A DNA stretch of 64,000 nt from Dicyema japonicum (Eukaryota; Animalia; Dicyemida). Shown piece by piece: positions 26,771 to 40,860 of this stretch (the stretch's first letter is position 1; every line of letters starts with the position of its first letter). The stretch covers positions 306,230 through 370,229 of the forward strand of contig RDEW01000032.1 of NCBI GenBank assembly GCA_011109175.1, in the 5' to 3' direction. The notes under the pieces were generated by a model that was not told the origin of the DNA, did not search any database, and saw only the letters and a program-made list of their open reading frames with translations. The translations under genes were made by a program, and so were the position numbers.

Positions 26771-28957
26771 ATGGAGGAACAGGACGAAAAGTTCACTTTG
26801 GTTAAAGAAAAACTGATCGAATACATGGAATACGCGAAAAACAACGAAAAACAAATAACAGTCTACTTTTTAAACGAACTTCTCAAAGAGACCAATCTGT
26901 CCTTCCAAGAAAAGCTTGAATTGAGAAATCAACTCATGGAAGAATATCCCCGCTAAAGAGCCCGGAGGCTTTCAAGAGGGACACTCAGCTCTTTTATCGG
27001 CAGAAATACATTAAAAGTATCGACTTTGAGCAAATCTACTCCAAATTCTTCCAGAAAATATACAGTTTCAGATATCCGTGTTAATTTTAGATAATTGGGG
27101 GTTCGGAGCTATGAGTTACTTCAAATTCCTGAAATTCATAATGATCTTAAATCTGTTGATCTTCGTCATCTCTTTTACCTTCCTGGGGATATTTCCTCTT
27201 ATGGGGAAAGGCAAAGTAGAGTGGCTCAATGTGAATTGTACCGAGCACACCCCGAGTCTCACAACGGGAATCTACACGGCATTTATCTCAATTTTTACGG
27301 GGGAGGTTTCGTTAAGTCTTATTTTAGGGATATTTGGAGTCCTCGTTTTTATTTTATGGGGGTTATGGACATACTGAGTATACAATCTCCTCGATCAATG
27401 TAGCCTATAATATGCAAACGGGGTACCCTCTGGTGATTTTGATCTGCTATGGAGTATCCCTGGTCTACTTGGGAGTGATGTACCGCTTCTGGTCATTTCC
27501 AGGTTGTACAGTCAGTCCAAGACGACGGCAATGTACAAAAACATCAGAAATGACGACCTGAGATTCACTCAGCTGGTTTATATCCAAAAGATATTCGGAA
27601 GCAAGGTCTCCGACAAGAAATACAAATTACGACAGTTCCAGGTATGTCCACGACTAATTGCAGATGGAAATATTCCACGAGCGACAGTTGCAGAAGAACG
27701 AGAAGACAAAAATTACCTTGGTTTACGTCATAATGAGGATACTGATCAACATCCTCACTGTCGGACTCATCGGGGGGAGTGCGTTCCTGATTTACTACGC
27801 CAACGAATACGCCTTGAAAAATAAAGTTGACTTCCACAATATTGAAGGGGAACATTTTGATTGAGTACAGCCCTTCATTCCTCTTCATCGTCTTCGACTT
27901 CATATTTCCCATAATATTGAACTTCTTCCAGCGCTTCGAAAAGTACAAAGGCAATACTGCCATTGTGATGAAGCTCCACCGGTATGGATGCTTCTTAACA
28001 TCTTAGACTGGTTTTGTTCAGAATGATCCCCCTGATTGTGTACATTTATTTTGTGTTCGGGTCCCATGACGAGGATGAAGAGTGCAAGAAAGTGAATGCC
28101 CTTAGTTTTACTGTAGTGCTGGGAAAATACCGCGGGCAAGTCTTTGTACAAGATTCTGTTCACCATCATGATTTTCGACCTCCTCTCTGTCCTTGTAGTG
28201 ACTCCCATACAAATTATAATCACCCAAAGACATCCAGAGTTCTTTCTGATGAACAACATAATCCAGCTTATCAAGATGCAGCTTCTCCAATGGTCTCCTT
28301 AGTAGTATATTCCAGGATAATGATGATCTTCGTCCCCCTGATTTCACTGATAACTCTGATCTTCCAAGTGTTTCTGATGTTCCTGAAATATGTAAATTGT
28401 CGTGAGATCTCAGATTGAACTCAAATATTTGACTTCTCAGTCGAAAATTCCGTTGAATTACATTCCGTCGGAAATATTCTTTACCGGTGTTCTCCTGGTA
28501 GTCTTCAACGTGAAATGCTTCATTTCGTTGTTCGTATTTTTCAGGTTTACTTATATTTACAATGTCAGAATGAAGACGTCCTTAGATTGTGGTCCCTTTA
28601 GGGTCCCCCACTCTTCGAATCCTTGTGAACCACATATACCCCAGAGTTCCGCGATTTATCAATAAATTTATTTTGCAGCAAAACACGATGATTGCCATCG
28701 GACTAATCTTTGTGTTCCGCGGTTTATAATATTTTAGAACGTCGGCGATTATCCTTTCCTGCAAGTTGAGGATTCTCAGCTTAGATTTGTCCACGTTGAA
28801 GAAAAACGTTGAAATTGTATTAGGTGCTGTTTATATCACAGAAAAAAAGATGGAACAAAAATCAAATGCCATTCGAATCAAATACGTCTCTGAAAGTAAA
28901 AGATATAAAAACGTGATCGACGACTATAGAAAGAACAAAGATAAACCTAACGAGTAG
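26771..28957 (+). CDS. TMC: Transmembrane channel-like (TMC) protein, 11 introns of 20-26 nt; about 3 apparent single-base frameshifts
   Basis: Spliced model gives WGFGAMSYFKFLKF, GEGYLESSFLFYGGY, CWENTAGKSLYK, HPEFFLMNNIIQL and CGPFR, all TMC-family landmarks. Missing bases needed near 26950, 28602 and 28622. Confidence 0.88.
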
Positions 28958-29107
28958 TTATTTAATAATGCCGCCAATTCTTATTAAATATTTAATTTAT
29001 TTTAATTAATAAAAGTCATTAAATAAATAAAAAAATTTAAAAGGCAATTTGGTTTGGTGATTTTTGTGAGATTTCGTTAACTTTCTGAGAGAAAGCCGCT
29101 TCCGCTC

Positions 29108-29663
29108 TAAATAGTAGCCTCATTCGGTAAGACTTCTTTGAGTGGTTCCTTACTTGCTAGAGTAAAACTAGCATCCATTTGTGCTACGTGATGTCGACCA
29201 CGTGGAAATTTCTTTTAAGACCTAGTTGGTTTGAAACAAATACTTGATGTTGTTACCACATGGGCAGAAATTATCTTAGAGTATGTACATCTACCATGAA
29301 GTGACCGATTGATGGTAGCATCGGTATTGTTTGCCAGAGGTAATAAAAGCGCCGCGGAAGATTTTTCTGACTCTCCGTGAGCCAGTTCTCCATTATCCTG
29401 GCGTTGATCCGGTTCAGGTTATTTGCATTCTTTCTATAGCGTTCCAGATGACCTGATCTGGAAAAACCAAACAAAAACGTCTGCATAGAAAAGATAAACA
29501 TATTATCGGATTCAGGAGTCAAGAGATCGGCCAGAAAAAAGTTAAACAGAAAGGATTTAACGGAGATCTTTGAGGGACTCCGTTGGGGAGGATACGTGAG
29601 ATGGATTTCAGATTTCTGAGGTATACATTTGCGTCCACTTATTACATCGGTATCTAAATACAT
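29108..29663 (-). CDS. Hypothetical spliced gene, convergent with TMC
   Basis: 130-aa ORF plus several 18-35 nt GT..AG candidates, flanked by A/T islands at both ends. No family recognised. Confidence 0.3.
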
Positions 29664-29879
29664 TGGCGTCTCTAAAATATATACTATTTAAATAAATAAA
29701 AATAAATAAAATTAGCAAAAAACTGTGAAGAATTTTAATCAAACTGAAGAAGCAATATGGATTTTCAGGCACAAGTAGACCATTTGGTTCTTTCCTTGGA
29801 TTAATTAATTATGACTGTTTGTGTTGGGGCTACTAAGACGACATACTAATGAATTCTAGAATTGAAAATGATTTTTTTT

Positions 29880-30620
29880 CGTATGCATAAGAAGTAAGAA
29901 TATTCGAATCTGCGAATATGAATTCAAACCCATTGGTTACGAAATTCTCCTATTAAAAGCTACTTGTAAATTTTTCGTATATTTGAAGATAAAATATTTG
30001 AACAGAATGCTTGAGTAATAAATACCAATTTTTAATTTGAAGATACAGTAATATTCCTCGAATTATTGTTCAGTGTTTATATATGTTTCATGTATTTGTT
30101 TTTCATTAGAACTCTGTTTACCGATGATGAGATCAGGATTTGTCAGATATTGCGCCATCCCGATCTCATACCTCTTCTGTTCATGACTGCTTGTAATTAA
30201 ATAGTATTTCTGTCGTATTGAATGACTTTATTTTATCGTAAAGTCCGAATGTAAAGACAGCTTTATATAGGACGCTAATAATCGTTGGCATAATCTGTTG
30301 TGTAATATTTGGTAATACTATGCGTAAGACTAAAGATTTTCTATTAAGAGACTTGAGGAAACTGATACTACATTGAATACAGGAGCTATGGATATAAATG
30401 TAAATCTGCAAAAAATGAGTATGGACCTGTATGGAATATCCTATTTGAAAGTATACCTGTAGCAGTAATCTAGTCTGTTAACGTGAAGGTCGTCAGTGAC
30501 AAGAGAATGTGATCAGATCAATGACTTTACCAAAGCCTACCAGCCTCGTTTTGCCAATGCAGGCAAATGGCTACGACTTTGAAACTGACAACTCAATTGG
30601 TAGACAACCCCATTGTGTAA
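29880..30620 (-). pseudogene. Family B copy 4
   Basis: 21-nt intron gtccatactcattttttgcag; ORF 30181-30411 (LKSLNRKSLVLRIVLPNITQ). Confidence 0.75.
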
Positions 30621-30899
30621 CTTTTTAAGGCTTCAAGTGATTTGAAGTATTGACGTATATCAGTCGATTAGTTTCTCCATGGGCGTCGGTGATTTAATGT
30701 TTTCCCCTGTGTACCATCTCTCCGTTAGCTTAAAGGCCCTTTTCTGGGTTGCGGAGATTTTCTGGATGTTGGTATAAGAGGCCAGTGGACTTCATGAAGT
30801 ACACGCATATGAAATGCATGGTTCGATGTACTGTGAGTAGAGCGTTTTAAGTATAGGGTGATGTCCTATTTTCCATAGACCTGTTAGGCATTTCAAAAA

Positions 30900-32300
30900 G
30901 TTGATTTTCTTACATAACAGATTCTCCAAGCCAATCTATGTGAATGCTTCTATAGCGCTCCGCTCAAAAACTATGTACTTTATTGAAATAATGGTGTCTG
31001 GGGTATATCAGGAATGTGGTAGAAAAAAGTAGAAATCATAATGACCGCCCTAAAAAATAGAACTTCAATAATGAAGACTAATACTCATTCAGATAGTGAA
31101 ATAATGAAATTGATCTTGCAAGGTATAATATCGACAGAAAGTACCAAAATTACAGAAAAATTTAAATTTTTGAATTTTTGTTAGTCTTTGAAGTAAAATT
31201 TAAAATTACGCTAATAATTCAAAACTGTCTAAGCTTTTTTTATTTCCAAAATTTATTTATTAACTTTTAGTTATATAAAGGATCTTCTATACTGATGAGT
31301 ATCATAGGATAGCCAAATATTGAGTATTCATTTTAACCTTGTAAGCAAGATGCTATGGTATTTTGGTGGGTCATTTGAAATTTGATTTCAGAACAAAGAA
31401 GTAGAAATGTCAACCAACAATTAGTGATAAAAAATTAAGTTTCAATACATATTATGGCAATGCGACTTTGAAAATGTATTAATTCCAAAAAAGTATATTA
31501 TTTTTTTGAATATATAAAATGAAGTAAAACAATAATGCGCAGATTAACATGAAGCAGACATTTCGCTTATTGAAAGAGAAAATTGATGAGTGAATATTTT
31601 GGAAGAAAATAGCAAATTATTTTTTTAATATCTGCGTTTTTAAAAATGTCATATATTAATGTTTCAAATAGATTTTTCAATGTTGAAATGTATTTGTATC
31701 TCATTATGACTCCCTTCACTGCTGATGGCATTAGGATTTTGTCCGGCGCCTATCTCAGAGCTCTTCTGTTCAATCTGTTTATAGGTTGATTGAAATATAT
31801 TTATTGTATCTTATAGTGATAGTCTAATGTGAAGACAGCTCTATATAGGCCGGTAAAATCATTTGCATAATAATTGTGTAATACTGTGCGTAATACCCAA
31901 AGATTTTCCATTAAGAGAGACTTGAGGGATTTTAATGATACATTGAATGCTGGAGCTATAGATATTACTTGTAAACCTACAAAAATTGAGAATGTACCTC
32001 TTATAGGATCTCCTATTATAAGTTTTAGATAGTCTACCTCCAGCTGCATTCTAGCCTGTCAGCGTGAAGGTTGTCAACCCTAATGAATTCTATCAGATCA
32101 AAGAACTCTTTATTCTGATAGACTTTAAAACCTAGCAGCCTCGGTTGGATCATAAGGCTACGGCTCTCGGAACAGAGAGTAATTTTCAACTGGGAGACAA
32201 CCTCATTGGGTTATTGGTCCTATCGATGAGACGGAAGGTAACCATATCCAAATTGACTAGAAAATTTTTAATAAGATTTTATAACTGGCAAAACTCTCAG
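30900..32300 (-). pseudogene. Family B copy 5 (longest readable frame)
   Basis: 21-nt intron gtacattctcaatttttgtag. Spliced frame GDPIR|GLQVISIAPAFNVSLKSLKSLLMENLWVL continues over 150 codons with a few stops. Confidence 0.75.
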
Positions 32301-35300
32301 TTTGTGTCTCTGTTCTTTAGAACGATAAAATATGCCTTCGCCAAAATGGGTCGATGAACTGCACACTAAACCAATCGGATGCATCATCTCTTGATTGTCT
32401 AAACATGGTGGAGCAATAGAAATCACAAAAACCAATAAAAAACCAAACCTCGTGAGATTTAAAAAAGGATGTGAAACGATAACGTATATTATCAGATATT
32501 TTGGTTGAATGCCTCGGGATAAGTAATAGTCCAACAGGATAATAGAATTCAAAAAAAACATGACCAGCAAAAATCTGTTAGTTGGATGTTCACTATCTGT
32601 TGACGGCTTCTATTTAAAGGCATTTGAGGACGATAATAGGGAAATCGCAGAGTTTTCCTCAATAAACCTGGAATCAATTTTCTTTGAAGATCTAATCTCA
32701 GAAAATATTAACTTGGCTAGGAACCAATAATTGAGATATCTATGGGTGAAAATTTTCTGGGACTGAAGAGACCAATAAGCATTCTTCTCATGGCTGAGAC
32801 AAGCTAAGGGTCTTCTTAGTCTCCTATCTTCACGTCGAACATGCAAAACCTCACTTCGCCTACATAAAGAGAAGTCACATTAGGCAGATGTAGGCACTTA
32901 ACCTAAAGACGAATATCACTAATGTATTAATGGGTTTGTATAAACGAGAGAGAACACCGCCATGACCTCATACCACATCAATTGGGAGTTCTTGGAGAGG
33001 AGCAGATTTTAACGAAGTTTAGGCATGCTTGATTGTTTCCTTGTAATTAAAAATGTTACACCTTAGATGGTCAATGTGGCCTTTAAGGTATCAAAAAAAA
33101 CCGAACATGATTATGATCTCAAGTTAGTTATAAATGGTTCATAAACCTGATTGAGACTCTTCAGTATTTTGACGCGAATCTAAAGCTTGAAGGTCTGTAA
33201 TCTCTCTATTTTTGGATCGTCGCTAACTGGAAAACATTGGGCTTACTTGGCTGCCATCTAATCTGCTTGATTTGTTCATTATTTAAGATTATGGAGCTTA
33301 AGTCTCCAAGAAGTTATCTGGTCTTGTTGAGGTACAAAATTTTTTAGAAAAATTATTTGGCTGTACAGACCGTTGATGGTTGTAATTATTATTATTATCA
33401 TACCACGTTTTTATTGATGTCAATTTTTATTTAAATTTTTATATTCCACGTAAAAGTTTCAAAAATTAATTTAAATAAAAATAATTTTAGTTGTTATTCT
33501 AAATGAGTTAAATTTATTTAAGAGAAACATCACCCTAGAGTCATACAGTCGCCCTGACTGCGTGGCTATCCTTCTCAGGATGGCGAGCTAGATGCCCTTT
33601 AGAATAAAGATGGATACACCATCATCAGCAGTAATTCCCACTATATCTAGACAACTCAAGCACGATTTATTATTAATGTCTGCCCTCGTCTGTTTCCTGA
33701 ATACATACTAATAATATTAAAATATCGTCTTAATTTTGGATCACATCGATTGTTAGTGAATTCTTAGAATTCAAGAAGAACATAGATATAATTGATGATG
33801 TTGTCGTGAATACTTGAAGAGTAACTAGCACTATGCATATATATATAGATTAGCGACTATTGTGGGCGGAGATAGTAAAGCGATTAAATACTAGGCAAAG
33901 ACGGTTCTAATCTCATTTGAGTGGTAGAAAACTCTAATCCCCAGTACATAAAAACCAATTATTTATTTAACACCCAAGACCACGGTAAAACCAAACTAAC
34001 TATCACGTGATCCCGATGCCCTCCAATGTAAGTATTCTGGTCCCCCGTTGATTTCTGCGACATCATATTTATCTAATTGATCTCTGGGTCATCCACCTTT
34101 TATGTCACTTTGTCAACAGCCATCGGTTTTTATCATTTGAAGTGGTGGGAGTAAGTAATAAAATAACTAAGTGATCGCAGGCCAACAAGGTGAGGTAAAC
34201 CTATTGGAATAAGAACTTAACCGCTTTCCATTAAAAAAGTGAGTCTTTTTGTTCTCGGCTGGTTTTTAAAGTACGTAATAAGGATATACTAGAAGGTGCT
34301 TCCTAGGTCGTCCCACGTTGGGGATTCTCGTGTCGTTTGAATAGAAGTAATATTAAAAAGAAGCAGGGCCATTTGGTGTTCTGGAAGCAGGGCCATTTGG
34401 TTTCCTTTTCAGTAATCTCCCAACTACATAGTTGAGGTTACGTCAAATCAGACTACAAAAGTTGCGATACTAGACTAAATAACACGGATTGTAGACCTCC
34501 ACGTCATGCTTTTGTTAAATCACTTACTCATAAGAGTTTTCTTTAATTGAATGCAAGTCCTCGTTGTTACATAACTTATCCGTATGAATTGAGGCAGTCA
34601 CTTTCCACAGTGTTGTGCAACTCCTCTCATGTCGTTGAGATGTCTTGACAAAGGTTGTATCCTTGATTTAAAAAGCAAGGCTATATCCACCGTTGATTTC
34701 CATGTTCCGAATCCACTCCTTGGTAGATTCAATGTAACTAATGCCAAAACTTATAAAGAATTAGAAGCGTAGCTGTCCACGTGTAAAATAGAACATTTCT
34801 TTGGGAACATTAAGCAAATTTTGAAGTAGACGTATTTGAGATCAGCATCAATGCTAACAAAGAGCGACTTGTATTAGTCCACATAAACGTGGACCAATCT
34901 AATTAAAGTATTCTTCCATCGTAATGTTTAAATGTGTACCCATTTCCATTCATAGTATGTCTCTAAAAAAGCCTCCATCAAGTCAGTAATCTCTAAGCTC
35001 AACGGACCAGTGGAAAATACCACATAGAGCTTTTAAAAGCAAATTAGTGCGATCAATGTCCTGAGGTGCCTCAGTCATCACTCCTCAATATGATTACGAT
35101 GCCTCTAATCGTTATTTCCTTTTTAGACACCTACTTCCTAACCAAGTCCCCTGCAATTAACAAAAAGTTGATACTTTGTTCATGAGATGAATAGAGGAAG
35201 TACATTTTGTTAACTCCTTCACTCAGCTGAAACTGTTATCGATAAAAATTGTGAAATATTTTAAATGCATTAATTTTATAAATTGATTATTTATTAAAAA

Positions 35301-35818
35301 TAGTAAATTAGTCATTTCAAATTTGTGTTCCTGTTTAGGCCTCGTGGCGGCATGTGGTGCTATGAGGCTAGTTGGTCATAAATTATTTTCCTTCCCTCCG
35401 ATGGCGTCATTGGATACATCTTACTGAGAGACGCCCAATCCCTGACCAGGCATCAAGAGGATCCAACTATTCCTTCCCCGGGGACAATGTCGTTACCTGG
35501 AGACAAGTTCTGGAACGCTGGAACGAGTCAGGACCAAGGAGTTGGTTAGTTTAGATACCGTTGGTCTTTGGAATAATTTTAATCGACTAATCTTGATTTT
35601 TGAATATTTTCTTGTGGTGTTGTGCATGCACATACTACATATTAACAGCACTAGTACTTTAGTTGTGGAGACAGAATCAGAGAAATTCGGAGACTACTGC
35701 ACAGTGAATGTGTCAATGATAATACAATATGAAGTAGGTATGCCCTTGATTACATAAGCGAATTCAGAATGAATGCATTCCTAATGGACAGTTAAATTGT
35801 TAACACAATGTAAGAAAC

Positions 35819-35944
35819 GTGGTTCACCTTCACGTGGAGAAAATTGGATACAAGCATCAATCTGGCAACTAAAAGAAATTTTCGATGTGGTTCACCTTCA
35901 CGTGGAAAAATTGGATACAAGTATCAATCTGGCAACTAGAAGAA
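35819..35944 (+). repeat. Two-unit tandem duplication, period 68 nt
   Basis: gtggttcaccttcacgtgga.aaattggatacaag.atcaatctggcaacta.aagaa at 35819 and 35887. Confidence 0.95.
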
Positions 35945-38619
35945 CCACTGTTATTCCCTGTCAACGCCCTGTATACCCAAAATAACTTCACTGTAAATAT
36001 CCTCGACTGGACACTTTGGTAGTACGTAGACATAATAAAACAGATTACTTTTGATTACAACAAAACGGAAGTACCACCAAACAACGACTTCTAATATTTT
36101 TGGAGGGTTTATTGGTTTCCAAGGATAAATGAATATGAAGAAATATGAATTTTCCACCAAATGGTGATACCAAAAATATAGTTATCCAGGGCAAAGGGAC
36201 AAATGAATAACAAGAAATTGTAGGAGTGACGAGGAAGATATAAACCAGGTAACAGCGTAATTTTGAAGCATGATATTAATGACAATCCCAAAACAGAAGA
36301 TTATACGACAACATTGACATATAATTATTACACAAACAATCAAGTCGACATTAGTAAAATTTCTTCATAATTCAAAGCACATGAAGAATTGATGAATCAA
36401 AGATCTACTATATAAAAGTTTGAAACATCTTGCATTTTCAATAATGAAGAAATAATAATAAATACAATAACTAAAAAGCAACAACAAACGACCACAAGAG
36501 GCGATGATAACGTGTATAATAAACTTGATGAATGGTGGTTGACCATTTTAAAAAATAAATTTTGATTAATATAATTAATAAAATTATATTTTTTATACTC
36601 ATTTTTGATTTTTTAACTTTACACGTTTGGATTTAAAAAAACAGTCCCACCCATGAGCGACGAGTCCATCTGCACGACACAGTAGTTAAAAGGGATCCTC
36701 TTATCTTTCTCCCTGACCAAATCCTCTGATGAAGATTGCATTATGAAAAATATTCCGCTAAAAAATGAAGTGATATCCACGACGGTAAGACGTGGGACAA
36801 AAATGGAAGAGGCCATTGCTTGTAATGGTCTATTGGAGGATGGATTTTGTCAACACAAGCAGACGTTCTCTCTTGGCTACCTTTCTTGGATTAATTGGTT
36901 ATGACTGTTTGTGTTAGGCATAACACAGATTGTAGACACGTGGTTAATAAACACATGAAATATAAAAAGAAGGTATTTCAGTAAAGGAAATAAGAAGTAT
37001 ATAAAGAAGCATACAAGATAGATTTCGCGTATGTCTTTGAAGGAAATTGAAAATCATTTAATCAACCCCACTGTATTACTTTTTGAAAGGATATTCACAC
37101 TACAGCTTTCTATTTAGTTAGTTAGGTAAAGCACATTCCCATTACCAGTAAACACTGTTTATGGTTTCCTTTGTTCCATGCTTTTCGATTATCCTTTCCT
37201 TCAGTCTTTTCCATCTTTTCGTTGTCGTGCTCGTTTCCTGATTTCTTCCAGATCGTCTGCATCCATCAGTCGGCCACCGATAACTGCGTAAACTTCCGAG
37301 AGTGTCCTTGAAAGACAACTTCTTGAACGTACTCTGAATGCAGGAGATACAGTATGGCCGAAACAATCTTACGTCTGTTCATCCATAGGTAGAATATGTC
37401 CAAAAAAGCGCCAGCGTGCTTCAAGTACGATTAGACTCATTGGTCCACAATCAGTCAGTTTTTATAATTTATTGTTTGAGATTTACTTTGGACAAGAGTA
37501 TCCAAGGAGTTTTCTTGTTAGCTTCTGTGAAAAGAGTCAAGCTTTCTATTTCCTTCTATTATAAATTTTTTTTATGTTAATAACTTTTTTTAATATAATA
37601 ACACGTTTCAGAAATATCGAAAGATTTGTGGATATAAAACGTGGATTAAAATATAATGAAAAATTCCATAGACCATGATAACTCTAACTAACTACCCACG
37701 TGGTCCCATACACCCCAGTAGAGACGTTGGTCCAATATTCCTCCACAAGCCCATACAATACAGTATCGGTCAAATAATCTGGAAACACCCCTCGGTTCTT
37801 ACAGATTATAAATTCCAGAATGAACCTGGAACCCCAGCTAACGTGGCCATCTTCAACTAAACGCTCTCCGATTCTGTAAACCACGAAGTACCATCCTTCC
37901 AATGATCCTCAACAGGAGTTCTGAAAAATTGATAGACGCTTAAGAGAGCGAGAAGATCTGGATGGACTACAAGAGCTTGGGTGTGCCAGGGACAAGTAAA
38001 GAAAAATGACTTTGTTAAAAATTTCTCGAGTTGTATTTTCTCCAGTATTCCTTACAAGAGTTAAAGGAAAATACAATATTCCCCAAAGTCCCAACAACGA
38101 ACTTCTTGCAGTGGTTAAACATCATATATCTTCGGAGTCGAGTTTGACTTGTCAATCTCTCTAACAACCACGTTGAACAACTTTCCACTAAAGCAAAGCA
38201 AAAATCAAATATGCTTCCAGCAGTGGTTGGTCACTCGAACGGAGACAAAGGAGTGTATAACGCATTAATTATGCCTCTCCAAACTGGGGTATATATAATT
38301 CTCCCTATTACAAAAGCTTCTGCAAGTCCAGAATTCAGCATTGAGAGCTATAACGGGTTGTTTAAAACGATCCCTGTTGGGGCTTACACTGGGACTCGAA
38401 GATCATGCCTTTTGGTGGCCACTTTAAAATGAGGTGCGTCCAATATTTCAGAAAATCAGCCGACCTTCCCATTACTTAAATCTATCAACTGCAGACACAT
38501 ATGGAGAACATTCACTTATCTCCAAAGAACACACAGGAAAATCCAAACAAAAGACCTAACCTGGCTAAAAAAATGCACATGATTTTGTGTTTAGGCGTGA
38601 ATACAAACCCTGGAAGGAA

Positions 38620-38670
38620 ACAAGATACAGGAGCGCAAACCTCTTGAGATTAGAGTATCAGAACACCTTC
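38620..38670 (+). mobile_element. Penelope-like GIY-YIG endonuclease remnant
   Basis: KPLEIRVSEH matches the GIY-YIG helix G.T.R.L..R..EH. A similar remnant lies at 4800-4900 (-). Confidence 0.45.
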
Positions 38671-40449
38671 TTCAGAAGTCAAAGTTACGCGAAATCATGT
38701 ATTTAAAATCGATAATTAACTTAGTTGAAATGGACAAAGAGTGTAATCTCAGTTTATAAGAAGAAATGCTTATATTTGATTCTGATTATTCTGACGGTCG
38801 ATATGACGCTATTTCCTTACATTTCGGAAGAATTTGATGAGTTATTAAGTTCCCATGATGAGAACTCAACATCTGATTATGAAGGTTACGACAACTCTGA
38901 TACCTTCTACAGCTTTGATTCCGACGTAATGTACTATCGTTAATAATAATGATCACAACGGAAGTCTTGTAAAAACTAGTTATGCAATCTAGTTGTTGGC
39001 ATATGGGGGAAGCAGTAGCTACAGTAGATGAAATTATTTATCTTAGTATTTGGTTACATCTTAAAGCGCTAGAAGTTGCTAAGGATTTTATGAAAAATGA
39101 AAAATGAATTAAAACAACAAGTTATGGAATAAGTAGTCCGCCGGTTGGCCTGGACTGTTCCTCCGGGTACCCCTTATCCTTGCTATCCATCCAATTACTA
39201 ATTTATCTCCAGAACGTTGTAGGTACAAAGCCAGTACGCCCATCTCCAGATAGTTCTCCCTTTGTAGGTCCTTTCCTCAGTATGTTATACCACGGTGGTC
39301 CCAAACCGTCCTGCAGGGACCGATGATGTGGTTAACAAAGTCCCGTGTAGATCCCAATTCGAATGTAGGGATCAATTGGATTTTATGAACTTTTTTTTCA
39401 AACATCTCAATCTGCTCTTTCTACACTGATTGACCTGTCTACAATGCTTGAAATCGTTATCCTTCATCCTTGAGTTGCATTCATTACTTCCGTTTTTATC
39501 TCCAATGCCTAAATTGCAATTTAAATTATAACATCTTTGTAGCATGTTCTCGTGAGAATTATTCCTCTGGTTTTGAAATGGGACGGAATTATTTCCACGT
39601 GCTACAGAAATCATTTGAAAGCTTTGTCGATTGATGTGCCGATAAGAGCTATTCAAACGGTGGCTTTAAAGAAAACATTATAAAGTATTATTGTTGAGCA
39701 CAAACAGTCTAGCAGTCTAGACACCAATTTACGAAATCTACGCGTCGAGGAGACTGGTAGAGCGGGCAACTCATCCATTGGAGAAACGGACGACCCACTG
39801 TCCGAGGTGAAAGTGTAAATCATGTGGATATTGTCGATTCTTAGAATTGTATCGTTACTGAATGGAATAGTTTTTGGTAATTCGAAAATTCCCTTTTAGG
39901 AATATAATTTATATATATTTTAACATACGGAAGTATAACATCTTGACTGAGGATTATTTATATAAAATAAAAAACCAGTATTGGCGATAAATTATGCAAC
40001 TTTATATGAATAAACAAGCCCTTAATAGTTTGAGGACTTTTATGTAATTGTCAATGAAGCTACCCACACAAGAAAAAGTAAAAAAAAAGAAGTGAAGATC
40101 ATTCCTTGGTTCTACGATTAGTTAAAATTAACTGTTCTTTACTTAAATAAAGTGTGTGTCCTGCCTATGCGGAGCTATAGATATTATGGCTCTCGTGAAA
40201 AGGCTGTTATTATTATTAATGAAGCTAGTGTTATAATTTTGCTATAGTTTTTCTTTAGACTTGTAAAAAATTCAATATTTTTTCCTAGTGATTGGGGATG
40301 GTTCGCTTTGAGTGTTCTTGTGAGCAAGATGGCTTCATCGATTCGTTAGAAAAATCCTCACCGCATTGCAAACACAATGGTTTAAGTGAATCCTTTGGAT
40401 TTTGAATACAACCATAGGATAAATAGTTTTAAAAAGCACTCCGAGATAA

Positions 40450-40860
40450 CATAAAATTAGTTAAGCTTCCCTTGTGCCGTATTCCGAATCATCCTCTCCG
40501 TCAGCTTCGACCATGATCTTCTATTGCGCACTAGATCTCTTAAGTAGTCCAAGTCGTCCGCCATTTCCATTATAATATCTGACGATATCCACACTCTTGT
40601 AGCGTTGTGAATCAGGTCCTGATGGACTGCGAATCCAAGACCACAATGTCGGGAGGCTGACGGGAGAATAAAAAGGTGGAATTTTCCAAACAGTTCTGTA
40701 CATTGTACGGTCGTTTTTGTCTCTAGTAGACAGCAGACGTCATATTTGGTTAGATCGCATACCAATTGGTGTTTCTTGTAAGGTTGAATAAGTCCTCTCC
40801 AATTGAAAGATCCCAGAGTGAACGGAGAAGTCGGTAAGGAATACGGATAAGACATAGTGC
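40450..40860 (-). mobile_element. Internally deleted RTE derivative (APE start joined to ORF C-terminus)
   Basis: FNWRGL..YDVCCLLETK..RHCGLGFAV is followed directly by DLDYLRDLVRNRRSWSKLTERMIRNTAQ. Confidence 0.75.

Noticed and set aside
27565-28347. Minus-strand ORFs over TMC, and similar antisense ORFs over IMMT, NDUFS1 and ECD
   Set aside because: Shadow ORFs of the spliced genes on the opposite strand, with no independent motifs.
30900-32300. TAA/TAG reassignment suggested by in-frame stops in family B
   Set aside because: TAA or TAG ends NDUFS1, IMMT, TMC and NitFhit at the expected positions, and intact exons lack internal TAR.
35819-35944. CRISPR-like array
   Set aside because: Only two units with no unique spacers, eukaryotic context, and no cas genes.
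40320-40350. 5.8S rRNA-like cttcatcgat
   Set aside because: Match is only about 10 nt with no flanking rRNA similarity.
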